Translations under genes and position numbers: made by a program
The notes under the pieces: model-generated
Databases searched by the model: none
What the model was told of the DNA's origin: nothing
What the model saw: only the letters and a program-made list of their open reading frames with translations
Shown here: piece after piece, positions 9,130-16,844 of the stretch
Layout of the letters: each line of letters begins with the position of its first letter
Numbering within the stretch: position 1 is the first letter of the stretch
Source: a virus
Virus genome (UHGV): UHGV-0094761
Strand: one strand, 5' to 3'
Length of the DNA stretch: 42,420 bases

Positions 9130-9681
9130 GTGGGTAACGAACCTATTTGGAAAGTCGAGCGTCAGCCTTCCTGGCTGGTGGTAGCGATTAAAAAAACGAT
9201 TACCGATCTGCCTGGTGGATATGCTGAGGCGGCGGAATGGTTGGGCGTGACAGAGAACGCATTGTTTAACCGCCTTCGTGTTGACGGCGACCAGATCTTC
9301 CCACTGGGCTGGGCAATGGTTTTACAACGTGCTGGTGGTTCAACTCATATAGCTGATGCTGTCGCGCGCCATTCTCAGGGCGTATTTGTACCGCTGGCAG
9401 ACGTTGATGATCTGGATAACGCCGATATAAACCAGCGCCTGATGGAGTCCATTGAATGGATAGGTCGTCATTCTAATTTTGTACGTAAAGCCACGGCTGA
9501 TGGGGTAATTGACGCAGATGAGCGTGCTCAGATTGAGGAAAACAGCTATCAGGTTATCGCGAAGTTCCAGGAGCACGTAACGCTTCTTTATCGAGTTTTT
9601 TGTGTCGCTGAAAAGAGTGACGCCCGCGAGTGTGCAGCTCCGGGCGCCTTGGCGAACAACTCTTCGAGTATGGAGAAATAA
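9130..9681 (+). CDS. CII-like / YdaT-like phage regulatory protein
   Basis: GTG at 9130 preceded by an AAGGGG RBS, just after the cro stop; the track ORF starting at 8914 overlaps cro in another frame; family call is from memory and tentative. Confidence 0.5.
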   Translation: MGNEPIWKVERQPSWLVVAIKKTITDLPGGYAEAAEWLGVTENALFNRLRVDGDQIFPLGWAMVLQRAGGSTHIADAVARHSQGVFVPLADVDDLDNADINQRLMESIEWIGRHSNFVRKATADGVIDADERAQIEENSYQVIAKFQEHVTLLYRVFCVAEKSDARECAAPGALANNSSSMEK

Positions 9682-9853
9682 TCCGCATGAGCAGTTTAAC
9701 GGCTTTTAACCGTCTACCGCAACTAAGGATGATCCCGGTTTCGGGTACTCCGTTGTTTCGGTATGAACGCAGATTATCAAACCGCTGGGTTCCGTGTAAC
9801 CACAGTAGGGCGGTTTCAATTGTGGGGGTCTACAACCGGAGGGCAAAACGCCT

Positions 9854-10033
9854 GTGCGCGAACTTAACCGAAGGTTCAAAGACCACCGCGGAGTGCAAGT
9901 CCGTGTTATCCGCTGGGAGCCAGAAACACAGCGCGTTATCTATCTGCGTGATGGCTACCCACACGAATGCTTCAGCCCACTTGAGCATTTCAGGCAAAAG
10001 TTCAGGGAGATAACGGACGATCATGAGCACTAA
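9854..10033 (+). CDS. Small hypothetical protein (59 aa), absent from the ORF track
   Basis: Manual translation from GTG 9854 with a GGAGGG RBS 10 nt upstream: VRELNRRFKDHRGVQVRVIRWEPETQRVIYLRDGYPHECFSPLEHFRQKFREITDDHEH; protein-like composition; overlaps the replication gene start by 11 nt. Confidence 0.4.
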   Translation: MRELNRRFKDHRGVQVRVIRWEPETQRVIYLRDGYPHECFSPLEHFRQKFREITDDHEH

Positions 10034-10880
10034 ATTAACCGGCTACGTATGGGATGGTTGCGCGGCGTCGGGCATGAAGTTGTCTAGTGTCGCGATCATG
10101 GCTCGCCTCGCTGATTTCAGCAGCGATGAGGGAGTGTGCTGGCCGTCCATTGAAACTATTGCTCGCCAGCTTGGCGCAGGGCCTAGCACGATCAGAACGG
10201 CAATCGCAAAGCTTGAAAAAGATGGCTGGCTCACGCGTACACAGCGCCGTAATGGTAACCGTAATGCGTCGAACGTGTACCGCCTGAATGTGGCGAAACT
10301 TCAGGCTGCCGCATTTTCTCAACTGTCAGATTCTGACACGTCAAAATCTGACGCATCAAAATTTGACGCCTCAAAAACTGACCCGTCGAAATCCGTCAAA
10401 AACGGCGGTTTTGACCCGTCAGAATCTGGCGGGGATCCGTCAGTAAAATCAAAACAAGATCCACAAGTAACTTCAAAACCCTCTTGTCCGGTTGCGGCGC
10501 AACCAGACCCTGAAGTCGTGATTACTGATCAGGCAATTTTGGTTCTGACCCATTTGAACCAGATCAGCGGATCCCGGTATCAGAAATCCAAAACATCCCT
10601 AGAGAACATCCGTGCCCGACTGCGTGAGGGATACAGCGTTGCAGACCTGCAACTGGTTATCGACCTGAAGCATGAGCACTGGCACGAGAACGACGAGCAG
10701 TACCAGTACATGCGCCCGGAAACGCTGTTCGGCCCGAAGAAATTCGAGAGCTATCTGCAAAGCGCTACCCGCTGGGAGCAGAAAGGACGGCCTAAACGCG
10801 CTGACTGGGGTGCGAAAAAGCGCGATGTGATGGCTTTTGGTCCGGTTGATACAACGATTCCAGAGGGGTTCAGAGGATGA
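10023..10880 (+). CDS. Replication initiation protein (lambda O-like, N-terminal HTH, phage-type C-terminal domain)
   Basis: 285 aa; N-terminal winged-helix/HTH region (IETIARQLGAGPSTIRTAIAKLEKDGWL); central low-complexity region encoded by iterons; position after cro/cII matches lambdoid order. Confidence 0.75.
   Translation: MSTKLTGYVWDGCAASGMKLSSVAIMARLADFSSDEGVCWPSIETIARQLGAGPSTIRTAIAKLEKDGWLTRTQRRNGNRNASNVYRLNVAKLQAAAFSQLSDSDTSKSDASKFDASKTDPSKSVKNGGFDPSESGGDPSVKSKQDPQVTSKPSCPVAAQPDPEVVITDQAILVLTHLNQISGSRYQKSKTSLENIRARLREGYSVADLQLVIDLKHEHWHENDEQYQYMRPETLFGPKKFESYLQSATRWEQKGRPKRADWGAKKRDVMAFGPVDTTIPEGFRG
10326..10450. repeat. Iteron array (putative replication origin) inside the replication initiator gene
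   Basis: Seven or more tandem repeats of about 15 bp of the form (C/T)TGAC(G/C)C(A/G)TCAAAA(T/A), followed by an A-rich stretch; analogous to ori-lambda lying inside gene O. Confidence 0.65.
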
Positions 10881-12196
10881 CGTTAAACAAATATTGCCAG
10901 TCGCTGGCGGCACTACGTAGCCAACCAGCCCACGAATTGAAAGAAGTTGGCGATCAGTGGCGAACACCGGATCTGCTTTTTTGGGGGATCAACGCGCTAT
11001 TTGGTCCATTAGTTCTGGACTTGTTTGCTGACGCCGACAACGCGAAATGCCCGGCATGGTACACCGCCGAAGATAACGCGCTGACACAGAACTGGTCTGA
11101 ACGTCTGGATGAACTGGGCGGCGCGGCTTTTGCCAACCCTCCATATAGCCGCTCCCAGTATCACGACAAGCAGGCGATTACGGGTATGACGCACATCATG
11201 AATCACACCATGGACATGCGTGAAAGAGGTGGTCGCTATATTTACCTGGTGAAGTCTGCCACAAGTGAAACATGGTGGCCGGAAGATGCCGATCACATCA
11301 TGTTTATTCGTGGTCGTATTGGGTTCGATCTGCCTGTGTGGTTTGTACCTGCTGACGAAAAACAGAAACCCACCAGCGCGTTTTTTGCCGGTGCTATAGC
11401 TGTATTCGATAAGTCATGGCGTGGTGAGCGGTTCAGCTATATCAACCGTACAGAACTGGAGGCAAAAGGGCGGGCGTTTATGACTTTGGCGCAATTTGCT
11501 GCCAGCAAGTCTCAACCTGCAACTGCCACACCATCTGTAGCTGACAAGCCAGAAGCAGAGTTGCCACTTACCCAGAAAGATATTTTTGATATCAGCGGTG
11601 TCGAGGCGTGGGCATGCGTTAGAGCTGCGTTCGGCGATAAAGAAGAATACACATTCAGTGAATCGAAGTTTGGGCATACCTGGGCGGCGGATTCTGTCGA
11701 AGCACCGGAATTCACTCAGGTATCACCATTAACGATCGACAAAGCGAAGCTGCTTATTCGTGAGAGTATTTTGTTCGGTGTGGATGAGTGGCTGTTGTCG
11801 ATTGAATTCGATGACGCTGCTGCGCGCCTGGATATGTCGGAACGTATTCGGACTGTTGCCCTTGAAGCATCTGGTGAATATGGCATGAACAGTACTGATT
11901 TCATTGCAGCTATGGGAAGCCTGGATGTTTCCAGTTGGTCCAATATTCGCCAGATCCGCATGCACATCCGTGAGAAAGCTAAACCAGTATCGGATCCGCT
12001 TCCCGAGTCCCGTATCTGGCCGCTGGAGGTTGGAATTGTATTCGACCAGGTAGACGGCGCTGACATGCTGGATGAATCACAGCAGAACAAGCTGAAAGCC
12101 AACATCAATCAACTCTGGCTGGAGCGGACTGCCACCAGCGAAATCATTACTGCTGCTTCTGAACTTGTTCGCAATATGCGGGGAGAGGCTGCGTGA
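10877..12196 (+). CDS. Phage Dam-family N6-adenine DNA methyltransferase fused to a C-terminal domain of unknown function
   Basis: 439 aa; N-terminal region has WRTPD and NPPYS motifs typical of the phage Dam family; about 250 extra C-terminal residues; start overlaps the upstream stop (ATGA). Confidence 0.65.
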   Translation: MTLNKYCQSLAALRSQPAHELKEVGDQWRTPDLLFWGINALFGPLVLDLFADADNAKCPAWYTAEDNALTQNWSERLDELGGAAFANPPYSRSQYHDKQAITGMTHIMNHTMDMRERGGRYIYLVKSATSETWWPEDADHIMFIRGRIGFDLPVWFVPADEKQKPTSAFFAGAIAVFDKSWRGERFSYINRTELEAKGRAFMTLAQFAASKSQPATATPSVADKPEAELPLTQKDIFDISGVEAWACVRAAFGDKEEYTFSESKFGHTWAADSVEAPEFTQVSPLTIDKAKLLIRESILFGVDEWLLSIEFDDAAARLDMSERIRTVALEASGEYGMNSTDFIAAMGSLDVSSWSNIRQIRMHIREKAKPVSDPLPESRIWPLEVGIVFDQVDGADMLDESQQNKLKANINQLWLERTATSEIITAASELVRNMRGEAA

Positions 12197-12579
12197 AACT
12201 GGTCCTGCCTTTTCCTCCGAGCGTGAATACTTACTGGCGCGCCCCTAACAAGGGGCCGCTGGCCGGTCGTCACCTCATTAGCGCTGATGGCCGTAAATAC
12301 CAAAGCGCTGCCTGCGTGGCGATCATTGAGCAATTACGACGTCTCCCGAAGCCATCGACTGAACTGGCAGCGGTAGAAATCACTCTGTACCCGCCGGATG
12401 CGCGCCGCCGGGATATCGATAATTACAACAAAGCCCTGTTTGACGCGCTGACGCATGCGGGTGTCTGGGAAGACGACAGCCAGATTAAGCGCATGCTGGT
12501 GGAATGGGGACCCGTTGTGCCGAAAGGTCGGGTAGAGATAACGATCAGCAGATATGAACCGGCGGGTGCAGCCGCCTGA
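12193..12579 (+). CDS. rusA: RusA-type Holliday junction resolvase
   Basis: 128 aa; MKLVLPFPPSVNTYW...DIDNYNKALFDALTHAGVWEDDSQI is the characteristic RusA signature; GTG start overlaps the upstream stop (GTGA) with a GGGAGAGG RBS. Confidence 0.85.
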   Translation: MKLVLPFPPSVNTYWRAPNKGPLAGRHLISADGRKYQSAACVAIIEQLRRLPKPSTELAAVEITLYPPDARRRDIDNYNKALFDALTHAGVWEDDSQIKRMLVEWGPVVPKGRVEITISRYEPAGAAA

Positions 12580-12592
12580 TATGGAGAAAAGT

Positions 12593-13276
12593 ATGAGCCA
12601 GTTAGCAACAACAGCATTAACCATGTCCAGCAGCGATATTGCTGAGCTGGTGGAATCACGACATGACCATGTTAAACGGTCCATTGAACGCCTGGCAGAG
12701 CGCGGTGTTATTGAACTCCCCCCAATGGGGGAAGTTAAAAATCACCTCAATCAGTCGGTATCGGTTTATCTGATAGGGAAGCGGGACAGTTATATCGTTG
12801 TCGCGCAGCTGTCGCCGGAGTTTACCGCACGTCTGGTTGATCGCTGGCAGGAGCTTGAGCAGGCACAGCAGCAGACGATTCCTCAATCATTCTCTGAAGC
12901 CCTACGTCTTGCAGCTGACCTTGCAGAACAAAAACAGCAGTTGACTAACGAACTGGCTGCCGCGGCGCCGAAGGTAGCGTTTGTTGATCGGTACTGTACA
13001 GCCAGTGGGTCAATGTCATTCCGTCAGGTGGCAAAACTGCTTAAGGCCAAAGAGCCAGATCTGCGGTTATTCCTCCTTGAGAACGACATCATGTATCGCC
13101 TTGGCGGAACGATGACCCCACGGCATCAGCATATTGATGCGGGCCGTTTTGAAGTGAAAACCGGTACATCCGTAACCTCAAATCATGCATTCAGCCAGGC
13201 ACGATTCACGGCGAAAGGCGTGCGCTGGATTGGTGGACTGTGGGCAGAACACATTGCCAGGGGGCAGGTCGCGTGA
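12593..13276 (+). CDS. Rha-family phage regulatory protein with C-terminal KilAC/ANT antirepressor domain
   Basis: N-terminal Rha-like region (MSSSDIAELVESRHDHVKRSIERL) and C-terminal KilAC-like region (AFVDRYCTASG...FEVK); start at ATG 12593 with a GGAG RBS. Confidence 0.7.
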   Translation: MSQLATTALTMSSSDIAELVESRHDHVKRSIERLAERGVIELPPMGEVKNHLNQSVSVYLIGKRDSYIVVAQLSPEFTARLVDRWQELEQAQQQTIPQSFSEALRLAADLAEQKQQLTNELAAAAPKVAFVDRYCTASGSMSFRQVAKLLKAKEPDLRLFLLENDIMYRLGGTMTPRHQHIDAGRFEVKTGTSVTSNHAFSQARFTAKGVRWIGGLWAEHIARGQVA

Positions 13277-14268
13277 GAGCTCTGCTTACCCCCGAGATCG
13301 CCCATCGTATGGGGATTGTGCTGTTCCGTCCCGGTGCGGAACTGATGCACCTCTTCATGCGTGGTCGCGTTCTGCTCGAGCCTGAACCAGAAGAAATGGC
13401 GTCATTCAGTACCGGGGCTGTTCCGGCAGCCATTCAGCCGCTGGCTGATGATCCGGTAATGCGTCAGGTCTTCGAGAATGAGAGGGTTATTCAGCGTGCC
13501 GGTGGGCTTCCTTCCCTTGAGCAATGGTTGAGTAATCGGTTTGAATGCCAGTGGCCACATTCAACGTGGCACGACAAGAACTTCACAACAATGCGGCACC
13601 CACCAGGAAGCATTCGCCTGTGCTGGCATTGCGATCACACTTTGTCGGGGCAGCATACCGAACAGCTTGCAGGTATAGCGGCCGGAAACCTGGTATCCTG
13701 GATTCTGGAAGTCATTCGGCGTGATTCTGGTTTTCCCGAGTCTCATATCCTGACGCTTCCGGAACTGTGCTGGTGGATGGTCAGAAACGACCTGGCTGAT
13801 GTTATTCCGGAAAGCGTTGCGCACAAAGGGCTGCGCCTTCCGGATGAGAAGATCCGTTCTGTCATGAGGGAAAGCGACATAGTGCCTTCCTCGTCAGCAA
13901 CCAGACTCGTGCAGGAGAAGGCGAAGAAGATCCTCACGCTCTCTGTTGATCCGGAGTCGCCAGAGTCTTTTATGCTCAGGCCAAAACGTCGCCGCTGGAT
14001 AAATGAGACGTACACCCGCTGGGTTAAAACACAGCCCTGTGAGTGTTGCCGACGGCCAGCAGATGATCCGCACCATATCGTAGGGCACGGTATGGGGGGG
14101 ACAGCAACAAAAGCCCATGATCTCTTCGTGATCCCTCTGTGCAGAGAGTGCCACGATGAGTTACACGCCGATGTACTGGCATTCGAGCAGAAGCATGGTA
14201 CGCAGCTTGAGCTGCTACTGCGTTTTATGGATCGGGCGCTGGCGATCGGCGTAATTGCGAAAGCTTAA
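13273..14268 (+). CDS. DUF968-like phage protein (YdfU-like)
   Basis: About 330-aa protein with a C-terminal Cys/His cluster (CECCRRPADDPHHIVGHG...CRECHDELH); GTG at 13273 overlaps the Rha stop; alternative starts at 13240 or 13309. Confidence 0.55.
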   Translation: MRALLTPEIAHRMGIVLFRPGAELMHLFMRGRVLLEPEPEEMASFSTGAVPAAIQPLADDPVMRQVFENERVIQRAGGLPSLEQWLSNRFECQWPHSTWHDKNFTTMRHPPGSIRLCWHCDHTLSGQHTEQLAGIAAGNLVSWILEVIRRDSGFPESHILTLPELCWWMVRNDLADVIPESVAHKGLRLPDEKIRSVMRESDIVPSSSATRLVQEKAKKILTLSVDPESPESFMLRPKRRRWINETYTRWVKTQPCECCRRPADDPHHIVGHGMGGTATKAHDLFVIPLCRECHDELHADVLAFEQKHGTQLELLLRFMDRALAIGVIAKA

Positions 14269-14285
14269 GTGTATGGAGAAAAGTA

Positions 14286-14651
14286 ATGCGTGATATTCAG
14301 ATGGTTTTAGAACGTTGGGGGGGCTGGGCATCAGCTGATAACTCTGGTGTTGACTATTCCCATATTGCCGCTGGCTTCAAGGGACTTTTACCGCAGACAA
14401 GCAAAACCAGGTTGTCATGTACAGATGATGATGCGCTTATCATTGAAGGCTGCCTGGCACGACTGAAAAGCCGAAAGCCATATGAGCATTCGCTTCTTGT
14501 CGCTCATTACCTGTACGGTATCTCGAAGAGGAAGATAGCAAAAGCGCGAAAGAAGGACGAGAAACTGATTCGTATTGAGATACAGATGGCGGAAGGATTT
14601 ATCGACGGCTGTTTGTCTATGTTAGACATACGGTTAGAGATGGATTATTAG
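14286..14651 (+). CDS. Phage antitermination protein Q-like (small Q family)
   Basis: 121 aa; MRDIQMVLERWGGWA... N-terminus; position after the rusA/DUF968 block matches Q in lambdoid phages; family call is from memory. Confidence 0.6.
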   Translation: MRDIQMVLERWGGWASADNSGVDYSHIAAGFKGLLPQTSKTRLSCTDDDALIIEGCLARLKSRKPYEHSLLVAHYLYGISKRKIAKARKKDEKLIRIEIQMAEGFIDGCLSMLDIRLEMDY

Positions 14652-14658
14652 TTTTGAT

Positions 14659-14695
14659 AGACTAAACGGTATTCGAGACCGTTTAGTCTTCTTTG
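14659..14695 (+). terminator. Perfect 12-bp hairpin between convergent Q and the minus-strand cassette
   Basis: AGACTAAACGGT-attcgag-ACCGTTTAGTCT (14659-14689) followed by TCTTTGG; overlaps the 3' end of the minus-strand gene ending at 14683. Confidence 0.5.
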
Positions 14696-15081
14696 GCTGT
14701 ACCGGAAGGTATAACTTCAACAGTTTTACCAATATTGACAATCTTCCTAACGGTTTCCTCACGGTCTTGAATTAGCTCAGCTCTAAATTTCTCACTTACG
14801 TGCGGGCTTTTCAATTGTTCGTCGATGCCCTTCAAATCTCTTTCAAGCCTATTCCGTAGGGCTGCTTCAGCTGGTGATTCAAGTCCATGTCGATTAATAA
14901 CGTACATCATTACGTAGGTTATCCCAGCAGAAACTAAAGGCGCGAGAGCGTATAAGAAAGGACGCCACTCACTGTTCTGTTCTGGCGCGACAAGAGGAAC
15001 TAAAGTCGTCAAAACAGCACCAAGGCCCCCAGTAGTGAGTCCAGAGTTGGTGCTTAACATATTTTTCTTATCGTCGCTCAT
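14683..15081 (-). CDS. Cassette gene 3: small membrane protein (132 aa, two predicted TM helices, charged C-terminal domain)
   Basis: Hydrophobic segments GLGAVLTTLVPLVA and FLYALAPLVSAGITYVMMYVI; start overlaps the upstream stop (ATGA at 15078-15081); AT-rich. Confidence 0.6.
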   Translation of the reverse strand: MSDDKKNMLSTNSGLTTGGLGAVLTTLVPLVAPEQNSEWRPFLYALAPLVSAGITYVMMYVINRHGLESPAEAALRNRLERDLKGIDEQLKSPHVSEKFRAELIQDREETVRKIVNIGKTVEVIPSGTAKED

Positions 15082-15335
15082 TTTTTTGAATGCCCATGAT
15101 TGGTTGCATCATCAATTAGATCAACGATTTTCTTGCCATCTTCTTGATTTAAACGAAGAGTGACAGTTTTTTCGAGCGAACGATTTGCATTGTAGAACCT
15201 AAGTTCCACAACTTTGGTAGGGAAGACCTTGCGCCACAGCAGTGCTGAGCCAGCATATACAAAGCGATAGAAGGTCGGAAGGCTTATAATTACCCCCAAC
15301 CAAAACACGATTTGTAAAAGTTGTTGCTGTATCAT
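15078..15335 (-). CDS. Cassette gene 2: small membrane protein (85 aa, one N-terminal TM helix)
   Basis: Hydrophobic segment LLQIVFWLGVIISLPTFY; 15 nt downstream of cassette gene 1; coupled to gene 3. Confidence 0.55.
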   Translation of the reverse strand: MIQQQLLQIVFWLGVIISLPTFYRFVYAGSALLWRKVFPTKVVELRFYNANRSLEKTVTLRLNQEDGKKIVDLIDDATNHGHSKK

Positions 15336-15350
15336 TAGGTTCTACCGTGG

Positions 15351-16232
15351 CTATATCAATTTTTTCCCCTGCATCACTCGATGCCGAAGTACTTTTTTTA
15401 TAACGTACTTTTCGGTCTTTCCTCGCGCTGAAGTGGTACGGGTTGTTTCTAAAAGGACAGAGAACATATCCTCACTAGTTACAGTCCCCTCGGCCATCCT
15501 TACTTTAGCTAAAAACTCATAGTCTGTAAGTAGTACGGAATGCTCCTCTTGGTTGTAATCCATTCTCCAGCCTTTCTCGCTGTGGAAATTAACCTGAGTA
15601 AACTTAACATTAACTTCTTTTTCTTCAACGGTTTTTGTCAGCAGCGTTCCTCTTGGAAGCGGCTTAATTTCCTCGGTCTGATCTCCTTCGAGTTTCACCA
15701 GTACTTCGTCATTTCCATCTACTATTTTGAAAACAGGAGACTCTTTTCCTTCAAGTGGACCTTGAACAACAGAGATCAAAGCATCACGAATCACTGGCTC
15801 GGTTACAAGAGTGGCAACAGCTGACGGGCATTCGATATCTCCATCTTCAAACTCAAGGACTGCCATATCTGTTCCAGCTTTTTTAGTTACCGAAACGACC
15901 TTTTTCGACCCCAACTGCCTAATCAAAGACAACGCACTAGCATGTGCAGCCGCACCAACAGTTCCCACTATCCCAATAGTTTTTAGAACATCTATTGCAT
16001 CAGGTAAAAGTTGCACAACAGTATAAGCAATACCAACTGAACCTTTCTTGAGTGGGGCAGAAACTAAGACCTTAACCGATTTATTGCCATCGTTTAATAA
16101 ATCATCGGCTTTGTTAATTAGTGTCGTCATGGAAAGTATTGATTTTCCAAGATCTTCTGCGTCAATCGCGTGTTTCGACAATTCTTTATCATCGGCGTCA
16201 TAAAACACCTTAAAGGAAGTAGACTTCTCCAT
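15351..16232 (-). CDS. Cassette gene 1: soluble 293-aa protein of unknown function
   Basis: AAGGAAAG RBS before ATG at 16232; no recognisable catalytic motif by eye; AT-rich, unlike the surrounding phage genes. Confidence 0.65.
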   Translation of the reverse strand: MEKSTSFKVFYDADDKELSKHAIDAEDLGKSILSMTTLINKADDLLNDGNKSVKVLVSAPLKKGSVGIAYTVVQLLPDAIDVLKTIGIVGTVGAAAHASALSLIRQLGSKKVVSVTKKAGTDMAVLEFEDGDIECPSAVATLVTEPVIRDALISVVQGPLEGKESPVFKIVDGNDEVLVKLEGDQTEEIKPLPRGTLLTKTVEEKEVNVKFTQVNFHSEKGWRMDYNQEEHSVLLTDYEFLAKVRMAEGTVTSEDMFSVLLETTRTTSARGKTEKYVIKKVLRHRVMQGKKLI

Positions 16233-16401
16233 GACTTTCCTTGCTAGGCCCGATATCTTTAAGGCTCATAATGGATGGGGTTAGTTATTTAGATATGTAA
16301 TTTACAGAGAAAAAAATACAAAATCACTAACGCGGTCCGCATTTTATCTATTACTGTGTTAAGAGTGGTCACTTAGACACGAACTTAAAGCATTTCACAA
16401 C

Positions 16402-16422
16402 CTCGCTTCGGCGGGTTTTTTT
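16402..16422 (+). terminator. Rho-independent terminator (UUCG tetraloop) on the plus strand
   Basis: CTCGC-TTCG-GCGGG followed by 7 T (16416-16422); implies a short plus-strand transcript starting in 16233-16400, possibly a PR'/tR'-like late leader. Confidence 0.55.
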
Positions 16423-16502
16423 ATGTCTTTTGCAAAGACTTCTTGCTGCTGTTTACAACCAGAGTTATCTGTATGTCACGCAAATAATTTTAGGTAAAAG
16501 AC

Positions 16503-16694
16503 ATGCTAAATCAGGAAGATATGACAGAAACCGCGAAGGCTGTTTTCAATGAGTTAAGCGATAAACCAGCAACGGCTGGGGAGATTGCACAGAATACCCA
16601 CCTTAGCCGAGAACGTTGCCAGCTCATTCTCACACAGCTGGTGATGGCGGGTTTATCTGATTACCAGTTTGGATGTTATAAACGCCTCCAGTAA
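16503..16694 (+). CDS. Small hypothetical protein (63 aa), possible winged-helix regulator
   Basis: ORF with AGGTAAAAGA upstream; ...AGEIAQNTHLSRERCQLILTQLVMAGL resembles a small DNA-binding fold; weak call. Confidence 0.4.
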   Translation: MLNQEDMTETAKAVFNELSDKPATAGEIAQNTHLSRERCQLILTQLVMAGLSDYQFGCYKRLQ

Positions 16695-16844
16695 TGGGGG
16701 CTTTCTGCTGTGGAAATGGGCGGCTGGTGGGTGTTAGCGCACCCGGCCAGCCATCAGCTCATGCTTTCAGGTCACAAGCTAACCAAGGCCCACTGCTTTA
16801 GCGCAAAAGCAACGTGAGCCTATCAGAGTTACGCTTACTGATCT

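Noticed and set aside
9630-10013. 127-aa plus-strand ORF between the cII-like gene and the replication gene
   Set aside because: Ser/Arg/Cys-rich and not protein-like, although a plausible RBS and ATGAGC start exist at 9687; a better 59-aa ORF exists in another frame. It may be a decayed gene.
10326-10450. Tandem short repeats that could be mistaken for a CRISPR array
   Set aside because: The repeats are about 15 bp, contiguous without unique spacers, and lie inside a coding sequence; they are iterons, not CRISPR.
14659-14695. The hairpin just after Q as the late terminator tR' with PR' inside the Q 3' end
   Set aside because: Only 7 nt separate the Q stop from the hairpin, leaving no room for a promoter and leader; more likely a convergent-gene terminator. 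The PR'/tR'-like signal is more plausibly at 16300-16422.
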